A stretch of 64,000 nucleotides of DNA, taken from NCBI GenBank assembly GCA_963718235.1, contig CAVQYR010000001.1:2176001-2240000 (forward strand), in the 5' to 3' direction. Origin of the DNA: an uncultured Actinomycetota bacterium (GTDB lineage Bacteria; Actinomycetota; Actinomycetes; JAHEKZ01). The first letter of the stretch is position 1. Each line of letters opens with the position of its first letter. This document shows positions 1-8,841 of the stretch, piece by piece. The notes beneath the pieces were generated by a model. It worked only from the letters and a program-made list of their open reading frames with translations, searched no databases and was not told the origin of the DNA. The position numbers and the translations under genes were made by a program.

Positions 1-633
1 GACGTGGTGGCGGAGGCGCGACGCATCGGCTTCCCGCTGGTCAACGTCGTCACCAACGGCACGTACGGGCTGGACCTGCCCGAGGCCGACCTGATCCTGG
101 TCAGCGTCGACGGCACTCGCGAGCATCATGACGAGCTCCGCGGGCACAACTACGACCAGGTGCTGGCGATCATCCGAGACGCCCCTGCCGACAACCTGTG
201 CCTCTACATGGCGGTGAACCGGGTCAACCTCGACGACATCGAGCACGTGTGCGCCCTGGCGCGCGACCTGCCGCACGTGCGAGCAGTGTCGTTCAACCTG
301 CACACCCCGTACCCGGGCACCGAGGAGCTCACGCTCAGCCCCGAGCAGCGCCGAACGGCCTGCGAGCGCATCGTCGACATGATCGACCGCGGCTACCCGG
401 TGCTCAACATGCGCAGCGCCTTGCCGCGCGTTGCCGACGGAACCGCGCCGCGACCCTGCCCGCAGTGCGTGATCGTGGAGGACGGCGAGCAGTGGACCTG
501 CGGACGGTGCATCGAGATCCCCGGACTGTGTGAGCAGTGCGGATTCATCTTCGCCAGTGAGCTGTCCCTGCTCTTCCGCGGCAACCCTCGCGTGGTGCGC
601 GACGCGCTCCGGGCCTACCACTCCTACCTGTGA
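1..633 (+). CDS. Radical SAM protein, 5'-truncated by the window edge
   Basis: VVTNGT and VSVDG radical SAM barrel motifs; Cys-rich C-terminus (CPQC...CGRC...CEQCG). The CxxxCxxC motif would lie upstream of the window. Confidence 0.75.
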   Translation, partial: DVVAEARRIGFPLVNVVTNGTYGLDLPEADLILVSVDGTREHHDELRGHNYDQVLAIIRDAPADNLCLYMAVNRVNLDDIEHVCALARDLPHVRAVSFNLHTPYPGTEELTLSPEQRRTACERIVDMIDRGYPVLNMRSALPRVADGTAPRPCPQCVIVEDGEQWTCGRCIEIPGLCEQCGFIFASELSLLFRGNPRVVRDALRAYHSYL

Positions 634-654
634 CCCAAACCTGCTGGGCGCAGG

Positions 655-1140
655 TCAGTCGGCGAGGATCGCGTCGATCTGGCCGGCCGCCCCGCGCAGT
701 CCCTCTTCCATGCCCATGTCGGACAGCTGCTGCATCTGCTCGGCCGAGTGGAACGTGGTCACCACGGTCATCAGGGTGCCGTCATCGGTAGGCGCGAGAT
801 CCACCCGGATCCGCATGGTCGGCATCGTCAGGTCGGGCTGGCCGGAGGTGTCGGAGAAGCCGTCCTCGAACTCCAGCGAGCGCGGCGGGTCGATGTGGGT
901 GAACTGCCACCAGCCCTCGGCCTTCTCACCGGCCGGGCCGGTCATGTAGTAGCGGACGCGGCCACCCACGGTGAGGTCGTGGTCGACGACGGTGGCCGGC
1001 CAGGTGGGCGGTCCCCACCAGCGCTCGAGCTGACGCGGGTCGGCCCAGATCTGCCACACCCGCTCCGGCGGCTTGGCCAAGGCGGCGGTCATGGTGAGGG
1101 TCAGGGCTTGTGGGTCCTTGGTGATGTCCAGCACGGGCAC
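655..1140 (-). CDS. SRPBCC/AHA1 domain protein
   Basis: PPERVWQIWADPRQLERWWGP, DLTVGG and MEEG motifs; lies downstream of an ArsR gene, a typical pairing. Confidence 0.9.
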   Translation of the reverse strand: MPVLDITKDPQALTLTMTAALAKPPERVWQIWADPRQLERWWGPPTWPATVVDHDLTVGGRVRYYMTGPAGEKAEGWWQFTHIDPPRSLEFEDGFSDTSGQPDLTMPTMRIRVDLAPTDDGTLMTVVTTFHSAEQMQQLSDMGMEEGLRGAAGQIDAILAD

Positions 1141-1152
1141 GGTGGGTCTCCT

Positions 1153-1494
1153 TCAGGGGGTGGGGTCCTCGGACAACAGGTGGTCGATCTGGTCGACTCG
1201 GGCTCGCCAGATCTGTTCGTACTCGTCCAGCAACCGCATGGCGAACTGCACCGCCTCGACGTTCCCGCTGACGAGCCGCTCGCGCCCGCTCGCCCGCTTG
1301 ATGACCAGCGACGCCCGTTCCAGGACGGCGACGTGCTTCTGCACCGCCGCGAAGCTCATCGCGTAGTGGGCGGCCAGCGACGAAACCGACGCCTCCTGGT
1401 GCAGCACGCGCACCACGATGTCGCGGCGGGTGGCGTCGGCAAGTGCCGCGAACACCCGGTCCACGGCCTCAGGGTCGATGCTTCGTACAACCAT
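1153..1494 (-). CDS. ArsR/SmtB family transcriptional regulator
   Basis: FAALADATRRDIV...MSFAAVQKHVAVLERASLV winged HTH. Confidence 0.92.
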   Translation of the reverse strand: MVVRSIDPEAVDRVFAALADATRRDIVVRVLHQEASVSSLAAHYAMSFAAVQKHVAVLERASLVIKRASGRERLVSGNVEAVQFAMRLLDEYEQIWRARVDQIDHLLSEDPTP

Positions 1495-1530
1495 TTAGTT
1501 GTACATTATCGGACCGCCTCTGCCTGTCAA
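1485..1530 (-). promoter_or_regulatory. Promoter with overlapping palindromic ArsR autoregulatory operator
   Basis: Minus strand TTGACA (1530-1525), 16-nt spacer, TAATGT; palindrome GTACAAC-N6-GTTGTAC (1485-1504) covers the start codon. Confidence 0.65.
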
Positions 1531-1568
1531 GCCTTGGACCCGGCGAGTCGAACCCGGGCTCGCCGCGG

Positions 1569-1871
1569 TCAGGCGTACTTGTCGGGCCGCACGACGGCGA
1601 CCGACGTGGTCCAGGCCACGACGGCATAGTGGGAGAAGTAGTCGCGGGCCAGCACCGCCAGGAAGCGGTCGGCGACGTCCCGTGTCACCAGCGCCTCCAG
1701 CCGCACGTTGTCGCCCTCGAACTCGTCGGCCCGCACACCTCGTGAGCCGCGCCCCCGTGCGTCGGTGATCGTCCACCCCTGTGCACCGGCCTCGCCGAGG
1801 TCGCGCACGAGTCGGTGCTCGAGAACCGCCTCGGCGACGACCGTGACCAAGACGACGTGTGGCAGCTCCAT
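1569..1871 (-). CDS. sbtB: P-II-like regulator, SbtB type
   Basis: LVTVVAEAVLE...GAQGWTITDARGRGSRG...NVRLEALV P-II fold motifs; directly downstream of sbtA. Alternative start at 1901. Confidence 0.8.
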   Translation of the reverse strand: MELPHVVLVTVVAEAVLEHRLVRDLGEAGAQGWTITDARGRGSRGVRADEFEGDNVRLEALVTRDVADRFLAVLARDYFSHYAVVAWTTSVAVVRPDKYA

Positions 1872-1900
1872 CGGTCCCTCAATTCCGTCGTTGATCTCCA

Positions 1901-2866
1901 CTAGCCGCCCAAGCGTTCTGCGATCGCGAGGTAGAGCGGGATGCCGAGAATCAGGTTGAACGGGAAAGTGATCCCCAGACTGGCCGTCAGGTAGTAGCCA
2001 GGGTTGGCCTCGGGCAGAGCCAGGCGCACGGCCGCCGGGGCCGCGATGTACGAGGCACTGGCGGCCAGCACCCCAAGAATCGCCGAGCCGCCGACGGACA
2101 GCCCGCTGACCAGTCCTGCCGAGATCCCGAGCACGCCGGTGACGACCGGGAAGACCAGGGCGAAGCCCACCAACCCGAACCCCGCCTCCGGCAGGTCCCT
2201 CAGCCGCCGAGCTGCGATCACTCCCATCTCGAGGAGGAAGAGGGTGAGCACCCCGGTGAACATGTCGCCGAAGAACGGCTGGACCCGCTCGTATCCGCCC
2301 GCCCCTGTGACGAAGCCGATCAGCAAGCCTCCCACGAGCAGCACGACGCTTCGACTCGTCAAGACCTCACGCAGCGACTCTCCCCAGGACGCCGAGCGGG
2401 CCGTGTGACGACCGGCAAGCAGCAACGCGATCACGATCGCCGGGACCTCGAGCACCGCCAGCAGCGTGGTGACGAAGCCCTCGTAAGAGACGCCCGATGA
2501 CGTGAGGAAGACGGCCGCCGCCGTGAAGGTGACGAGCGAGGTCGAGCCGTAGTGAGCAGACACTGCGGCGCGGTCGACCGGCCCCAGGCGGGTGACCGCA
2601 CGAAGGGTCCAGAACGCGAACACCGGGATCACCACGCCCAGCATGAGCGTCGCGAGCACCGGCCCGAGCACCTCTCCGGGCGGCGCGGCGCGCAGCGCGA
2701 CCCCGCCCTTGATGCCGATGCCGAGCAGCAAGTACACAGTGAGCAGCTGGTACACCGGTTCCGGAAGTCGCAGGTCGCTCCCGATCAGCGTGGCCACCAG
2801 GCCCAGCACGAAGGCAAGAACCGGGGGGGACGTCAGATTGGCCCAGGCCAGGCTCCACGTCTCCAT
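1901..2866 (-). CDS. sbtA: Sodium-dependent bicarbonate transporter family permease
   Basis: Highly hydrophobic; NLTSPPVLAF, AHYGSTSLVTF, SASYIAAPAA and SLGITFPFN SbtA motifs. Confidence 0.9.
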   Translation of the reverse strand: METWSLAWANLTSPPVLAFVLGLVATLIGSDLRLPEPVYQLLTVYLLLGIGIKGGVALRAAPPGEVLGPVLATLMLGVVIPVFAFWTLRAVTRLGPVDRAAVSAHYGSTSLVTFTAAAVFLTSSGVSYEGFVTTLLAVLEVPAIVIALLLAGRHTARSASWGESLREVLTSRSVVLLVGGLLIGFVTGAGGYERVQPFFGDMFTGVLTLFLLEMGVIAARRLRDLPEAGFGLVGFALVFPVVTGVLGISAGLVSGLSVGGSAILGVLAASASYIAAPAAVRLALPEANPGYYLTASLGITFPFNLILGIPLYLAIAERLGG

Positions 2867-2983
2867 CGCCTGGAATCTACCGAAGCCTCGGCTTCTCAGG
2901 CACCTGGAGACGTCGGCCGTCCCTTCGACTGGTTCGGCGGCTGCGGCACGCGTTGCGGCGCGCCGCTGCTGCCGGCTCCGGGG

Positions 2984-4141
2984 CTACGACGCGCGATGGG
3001 GCCTCGGTGCCTGGAGGTGGCCACCCGCGTTGAGCGGGTCGTGAGCGACGATCCCCGGCAGCTGGTCGTGGAAGAACACCTGCGACAACAGCTCCTGGCG
3101 TGAGTGCGTGTCCGTCTTGGTGAACGCCGCCTTGAGGTGGTCCTGCACGGTCCACGGTGAGATGACGAGCCGCTCGGCGATCGCTGCGGTGTCCAGCCCT
3201 CGGGCGACCAGACCGGCCACCTCCTGCTCGCGTGCGGTGAGGCCGAACGCCTCCAGCCGCAGCGGCACCGAGTACTCCTCCCCCGCGCGCTGGACGACGA
3301 CCGCGACCCGGCCTGTCGATGGCTCGTCCGGCAGGGAGCCGTGCAGGGTCAACCACCCCTCGGACGTCGGGATGTGCAGCGGCCGTGCGAAACGCCCCTC
3401 CCGTCCCTGGCGTCGGACCTCCGCGGCCAACGTCAGCACTGGAACGGGGACGCTCCGCTCGATCGGGTCGTCGCGCAGCACGGCGGCGAGCAACGCAGTG
3501 GTCGTCGGGGTGACCAGCTCCACGGCGTCGTGGGGGTCGAGGACCAGCAGTCCCGGCGCGTGGTCCTCGTCGTGCCGTCTGGCGGCATCGAAGCGGTAGG
3601 AGGTGCGCAGTGCCTCGGCGATCGGCCGCGACAGCCGGGCCATGAGGCGGGCGTCCTGCGTGGTGAAGTCGCCGGTGTCCTTGGTGCGGTGCATGACGAC
3701 GCAGCCCCACGCGCGGCCTCGGGTGACCATGGCCACCCGCATCTCGTACGGGGTGCCGATCGGCTCCAGGAACTCCCGGTAGCGAGCGCTTCGCTCGGGG
3801 TGACCCCGCGTCGTCTCGCTGAGGATGCCCACTGGCGTGCGACGCGAGGCCAGGACGGCGAACTGGTTCACGTCGTCGCGCAGGTACTCGCTGGTGACGA
3901 CCGCCTGGGCCGCCCCCTGTTCCGTCTCCGGGGTGAGGAACCCGCCGGTCATCAGCTCCATCGGGTTCGCCGTCGTCAACAGCTTCGTCTCAGGGTCCAG
4001 ACCGTGCCAGCAGGCGGCGTCGACGGGAAAGGCCTGCCGGATCCGCGCGATCAGCTCCTCATGCAGCCTCGCGTAGGGCAGACCGCGAGTGCCGAGGCGC
4101 TCCACCTCGGCCACGAGCCGGTCGCCGTCCGAGCGGGCCAT
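2984..4141 (-). CDS. LuxR-type HTH regulator with N-terminal GAF-like sensor region
   Basis: C-terminal GLTAREQEVAGLVARGLDTAAIAERLVISPWTVQDHLK; start taken at MARSDGD (ATG 4141). Confidence 0.85.
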   Translation of the reverse strand: MARSDGDRLVAEVERLGTRGLPYARLHEELIARIRQAFPVDAACWHGLDPETKLLTTANPMELMTGGFLTPETEQGAAQAVVTSEYLRDDVNQFAVLASRRTPVGILSETTRGHPERSARYREFLEPIGTPYEMRVAMVTRGRAWGCVVMHRTKDTGDFTTQDARLMARLSRPIAEALRTSYRFDAARRHDEDHAPGLLVLDPHDAVELVTPTTTALLAAVLRDDPIERSVPVPVLTLAAEVRRQGREGRFARPLHIPTSEGWLTLHGSLPDEPSTGRVAVVVQRAGEEYSVPLRLEAFGLTAREQEVAGLVARGLDTAAIAERLVISPWTVQDHLKAAFTKTDTHSRQELLSQVFFHDQLPGIVAHDPLNAGGHLQAPRPHRAS

Positions 4142-4287
4142 GCGCCCATCGTGCCCCCGCGACGGCGGATCGGCGCCCACATGCACGAAAGATCCCAGAT
4201 CCACGGGGATGCCCGAAGCACCCCGGCTCCGGGGACCGTGGAGGTGTCGCAGAACCGCGGCACCGACCACGACCCGAGGAGAACTCC

Positions 4288-4657
4288 ATGACCACCAGCC
4301 CCGTGGACGCTGGGAACCCAGAGCGTCTGCTTCGCCGCCCCACTCCTGCCCGGCACCACGTCGCAGGACCGCGAGGAGATGCTCTCCTGCTGGACCGGCG
4401 AGCGAAGCGACGAGCACACCGCCTCCCGCCGCCGGCACGGCATCACCCGTGAGGCGGTGTGGATCCAGCCCACGCCGGGTGGGGACTTCGCGGTCGTCCT
4501 CCTCGAGGCCGACGACCTGTCGAGCGCACTGCTCGGCATTGCGACCTCGCAGGAGCCGTTCGACGTGTGGTTCCGTGAGCACCTGATGGCCGTGCACGGC
4601 ATGGACCTGGCCCAGGGCATGACCCTGCCCGAGACCGTGCTCGACTACCGCGCCTGA
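4288..4657 (+). CDS. Conserved-looking hypothetical protein with a +1 frame break near 4312
   Basis: RBS GAGGAG then ATG at 4288. Removing one G gives MTTSPVDAGTQSVCFAAPLLPG..., in frame with ORF 4379-4657. Confidence 0.6.
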
Positions 4658-4737
4658 ACATCGGGGGGGGCGCGGGCACCGTCCGCAATCCGTCAGGATG
4701 GGGGCGCGGACGCAGGCACTCGACGTGAGGAGCGGCA

Positions 4738-5541
4738 ATGAGGCTCGAGGGAAAGGTCGCCCTGGTCACGGGCGGGGGGTCGGGGATCGGTGCGGCCACC
4801 GCACGCCGCTTCGCCGCCGAGGGTGCCCAGGTGGTGGTGACCGGTCGGCGCGAAGGACCGCTGCAGGTCGTCGCCGAGGACGTCGGTGGCATCGCAGTCG
4901 CCGGTGACACCGCTGACCCAGCAGCCATCCAGCGCGCCCTCGATTCAGCCGTCGACCGTTTCGGCGGGGTGGACATCCTCGTTGCGGCTGCCGGCATCTC
5001 CCCCGCCGGTGGCATCGTGAACATTCCGGTCGAGGACTGGCGACGGACGTTCGAGACGAACCTCGACGGGCCGATGCTCATGGCCCGGGCCGTCATCCCG
5101 CAGATGATCGAGCGCGGCGGCGGATCGATCGTCCTGGTGAGCAGCACGGCGGCGCTGGCTGCAGCCCCCGCCTCGGCCGCCTACGACGTCTCCAAGGCCG
5201 CAGTCGTGGCCCTCGCCCGGGCGATCGCCGTCGACTACGGACCGCAGGGCGTGCGGGCCAACGCCGTCCTTCCGGGCTGGGTGCGCACGCCGATGGCCGA
5301 TCGCTCCATGGACGCCATGGGCGCGAACAAGGGGTTGAGCCGGGACGACGCGTACGCCCTGGCGACCTCGCAGGTCCCGCTGCGTCGACCCGCGACGGCG
5401 GAGGAGCTGGCCGACTGCTGCCTGTTCCTGGCCAGCGACGAGGCGCGCTACGTCAGCGGCACGTCGCTCATCGCGGACGGCGGCGGGTTGGCGGTCGAGC
5501 TCACGTCCACCGAGTTCACGATGGGTGGACAGTCCTACTGA
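4738..5541 (+). CDS. SDR family NAD(P)-dependent oxidoreductase
   Basis: TGGGSGIG Rossmann motif, YDVSK catalytic motif, NAVLPG. Confidence 0.95.
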   Translation: MRLEGKVALVTGGGSGIGAATARRFAAEGAQVVVTGRREGPLQVVAEDVGGIAVAGDTADPAAIQRALDSAVDRFGGVDILVAAAGISPAGGIVNIPVEDWRRTFETNLDGPMLMARAVIPQMIERGGGSIVLVSSTAALAAAPASAAYDVSKAAVVALARAIAVDYGPQGVRANAVLPGWVRTPMADRSMDAMGANKGLSRDDAYALATSQVPLRRPATAEELADCCLFLASDEARYVSGTSLIADGGGLAVELTSTEFTMGGQSY

Positions 5542-5586
5542 CCGTTCGGGCTAACCCTGCGGCGCCACCCTGCCGATGCCTCCACC

Positions 5587-7086
5587 GTGGCACCCTCCGC
5601 ACCATCAGGCGGCGGGCCTTCCGGCACGCCTGAGGACCCCGCGCCCCCTGGCACCCCGGCCGTGCGTGCCCGCACGCTCAGCTTCGGCCGCCTCGGAGTG
5701 GTGCTGGTGGTCGCCGTTGTCACCGCGCTGGCGTCGGCCGCGGGCGCCGTCGCCTCCTTCGCGGCCGGGGACGCCGACCCGCTCGAGCCGCTCACCCTGC
5801 AGCTCGGACCGATCGACATCGCCCTGGCCGGCGGCAGGCCGTCGACGGACCTGCTGCTGGCTGCCCTGCTAACGATGGTCAGCATCGCCGCCGGGGCCGT
5901 GGCGTTGGAGGCGGCGGGGGCCATCCGGCTGCTGCGCAGCCAGGACCGACGCCAGCTCATCGCCGTCATGCCCAGCCCCCTGCGCTCCCCCACGGGCCGG
6001 CCGGTCCGGATCACCGTCCTCATCCCGGCGCACGACGAGGAGGCGCGGCTGGCGACGACGCTCGCCACCTTGCGCGAGCAGCACCGCCTGCCCGACCGCA
6101 TCGTCGTCGTGGCTGACAACTGCACCGACGCCACCGTGCCGATCGCCCGCGAGTTCGGTGTCGAGGTGTTCGAGACCCTCGGCAACACCCACCGCAAAGG
6201 TGGAGCGCTGAACCAGGCGCTGGCGTGGCTGCTGCCGACCCTCGGCGCGGACGATGCGGTGATGGTCATGGACGCCGACACCACGCTCGGCCCCGACTAC
6301 CTCGCCACGGCCGCCCGCTGCCTCGACGAGGACCCGACGCTGGAGGCTGTCGGCGGGCTCTTCTTCGGCGAGCCCCTCCCCGGACTGCTCGGGCTGCTGC
6401 AGCGCAACGAGTACACGCGCTACTCCCGTGAGATTGCGCGGCGGAGCGGTCGGGTCTTCGTGCTCACCGGTACGGCGTCGGTGTTCCGCGCGGAGTCGTT
6501 GCGCGCCGTGGCGCAGGCGCGCGGCGTGTGCCTGCCCGGCGGCAGCGACCAGGTCTACGACACCAGCTCGCTGACGGAGGACAACGAGCTGACCATCGCG
6601 CTGAAGTCGCTGGGCTCGCCGATGCGCTCGCCTCGCGGCTGCTCGGTGGTCACCGAGCTGATGCCCACGTGGCGCAACCTGTGGCGTCAGCGGCTGCGGT
6701 GGCAGCGCGGCGCCCTGGAGAACGTCGCGGCCTACGGCATCACGACCGCGACCGCGCGCTACTGGGCGCAGCAGGTGGGCATCGCCTACGGGGCGATCGC
6801 CCTGTACTCCTACCTGTTCCTCATGACCGTCACGTTGCTGGCGGCCGACCAGCTGGTGCTGTTCGTCTTCTGGTGCGTGCTGGGCCTGGTCTTCGTCGCC
6901 GAGCGCACGGTCACCGTGTGGGAGGGCGGCTGGCGGGCTCGTCTGCTGGCGGCGTCGATCCTGCCCGAGCTGCTGTACGCGGCGTTCCTGCAGGCGGTGT
7001 TCGTGCGCGGACTGTTCGACATCCTCGTCGCGCGGCGCGCCTCGTGGGGGCACGTGCAGCACCCCGTGGGCGGGGCGACGGCATGA
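5587..7086 (+). CDS. Membrane glycosyltransferase family 2 (processive type)
   Basis: IPAHDEE, DNCTD, DADT, TED and QRLRW motifs; N- and C-terminal TM helices. Confidence 0.9.
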   Translation: MAPSAPSGGGPSGTPEDPAPPGTPAVRARTLSFGRLGVVLVVAVVTALASAAGAVASFAAGDADPLEPLTLQLGPIDIALAGGRPSTDLLLAALLTMVSIAAGAVALEAAGAIRLLRSQDRRQLIAVMPSPLRSPTGRPVRITVLIPAHDEEARLATTLATLREQHRLPDRIVVVADNCTDATVPIAREFGVEVFETLGNTHRKGGALNQALAWLLPTLGADDAVMVMDADTTLGPDYLATAARCLDEDPTLEAVGGLFFGEPLPGLLGLLQRNEYTRYSREIARRSGRVFVLTGTASVFRAESLRAVAQARGVCLPGGSDQVYDTSSLTEDNELTIALKSLGSPMRSPRGCSVVTELMPTWRNLWRQRLRWQRGALENVAAYGITTATARYWAQQVGIAYGAIALYSYLFLMTVTLLAADQLVLFVFWCVLGLVFVAERTVTVWEGGWRARLLAASILPELLYAAFLQAVFVRGLFDILVARRASWGHVQHPVGGATA

Positions 7087-7487
7087 GTGCGCAGGTGGGT
7101 GGCATCGTCTTGTCGCCGGAGGTCTTCCAGACGGCCTGGTTCGAGCTCCTCGCGGGGTTCGTGGCCTTCAACACCCTCATCTACGTCGGGCTGACCCTGG
7201 CCAAGCTCATCCCGTGGCCCCAGGTGATGCGCCCGGTGGAGGTGCGAGCCCGCCTCGAGCGAACGCTGCGTCGCCCGGTGGACCCGGCCCGATCGGCAGC
7301 GGCGACCCTCCCCCAGGCGACCAAGGGTGGTCCCGGCACCGTGTCGAACCGTCTGCCCCTCGACGAGAGGCATGACGCAGTCAGACGGCCCGGGCTCAGG
7401 GCTCCAGGTGGGCCAGGAGATCCAGCCGATGCTGGAGGTCGGCCGTCAGCGCCTCCACGTCCGGGACGAGCTCAGGATCGACCATGA
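7083..7487 (+). CDS. Small membrane protein coupled to GT2
   Basis: ATGA overlap with the GT2 stop; TM segment WFELLAGFVAFNTLIYVGLTLAKLIPWP. Confidence 0.55.
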   Translation: MSAQVGGIVLSPEVFQTAWFELLAGFVAFNTLIYVGLTLAKLIPWPQVMRPVEVRARLERTLRRPVDPARSAAATLPQATKGGPGTVSNRLPLDERHDAVRRPGLRAPGGPGDPADAGGRPSAPPRPGRAQDRP

Positions 7488-8704
7488 CGGTCACCACCAG
7501 CTGACCTGCGTACGACATCGCGGTGAAGCCGACGGACACGTTCCCGTAGACGCCACTGATGGGGATCATCCGCGTGACCGGCTGACCGAGGACCCGGACC
7601 TCCTGCGCTGGACCTGTGACGTTGCTGACAATGGTGTTGATCATCCGCTGGTGGTCCATGAACCAGCGCATGAGACCCAACCCGGCCAACGCTCGGAACG
7701 CCGGCTCCACGACCTGCGAGCTCGCGCCGGACGCCGACGCCTTGCGCGCTCGGACGATGCGCGAGACGTGGCGCAGATGCACTCCCGGATCGTCGTCGGC
7801 CGCTGGCACCGGCAGCAGTACCGGCATCACGCCCACCTGGTTGCCGAGCGCCGCTTCGCCAGCGCTGCGCTGCGAGACCGGGATCGAGATGGAGAGCTGC
7901 GCGACGTCGTCCCCGCGTCGTCGAAGTGCCCGCCCCATCGCCGAGACGACGGCGGCCAGGAGCGCGTCGTTGACGGTGGCGTCGCACGCGTGCGCCCCTG
8001 CTCGAACCGCATCGAGGGGCACCTGGGCCGTCGCGAGGGCACGCCGACTGCCCGTAGCCCGGTTGATGGCGGTGTCCACAGCACGGGGAGGGGCCGCACG
8101 CATCTCCTTGACCGCGTCGATCAGTCGATGCGCGCCGCTGGGGAGTCGTCGAACCGCGCCAGCGCGTCGACTCCAGGCATCCCGGGCCAGCTCACCGCTG
8201 GAGGGTGCCCGACGAGGGGTGCGCGATCCCTTCGGTGGCGGCCCGGCCAACGCCTCCAGCAGGGCGAGCCCGCCCACACCGTCGACCACGACGTGCTCGA
8301 CGACGACGATGACGGCCGCCCGTCCCTGTGCGAGCCCCCGCACGACCGTGACGTTCCACGGAGGGCGCATCTTCGGCAGGGGCGCTGTCACGGCTCGGAG
8401 GGCAGCGGTGAGCAAGGCCGGCTCGTCGCCGGGGGGTGCGGCGTCGACGACGTGAGCGTGGCGACTGAGCGTCGAAGTGGGGTGCATCGGCCCAGTAGGC
8501 ACGGCCGCACCCGATCGGAGCGGGACGCAGGACCTGTCGCAGGCGCGGGATCCCGGCCAGCCGCTGGGCTGCCTCGCTGGCCACCTCGTCTGCGTCGAAG
8601 CCCGGACCCGGCTCGAGGACGAGCACGCTGGCGATCTGCGGCGGGAGCGGCCCCACGTCGGTGGCCCGCTGCATCAGGTCGTTCGCACTCGCCCGCTCGA
8701 TCAC
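7396..8704 (-). CDS. Wax ester synthase/diacylglycerol acyltransferase (WS/DGAT) with a +1 frame break near 8465
   Basis: N-part (8704: IERASANDL...PRLRQVL...YWAD) joins C-part containing EHVVVDG, ATVNDALL, SNVTGP and SYAGQL. Confidence 0.8.
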
Positions 8705-8841
8705 CCCCCAAGAGTGTCACCGGGCGGACACCTGGGCGTCATCTGCGACTACGCGGATTCATCACATCATCGGGGTGCCGGCTGGCTGCCTGACGGTAGA
8801 GCCCCGATACTGGGCCCCCACGACATCACGGAAGGTGGCCC

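Noticed and set aside
1-633. Radical SAM protein as maturase for the arylsulfatase
   Set aside because: It is 8 kb away and truncated, and its Cys pattern is shorter than a full anSME SPASM domain.
1533-1566. tRNA/tmRNA T-arm-like sequence (minus strand CCCGGGTTCGACTC) as a possible att site
   Set aside because: The stem does not pair properly and there is no cloverleaf, second copy or integrase; more likely a terminator-like hairpin.
4663-4670. G8 tract as a phase-variation switch upstream of the SDR
   Set aside because: A single short intergenic homopolymer in a high-GC, error-prone sequence; no supporting evidence.
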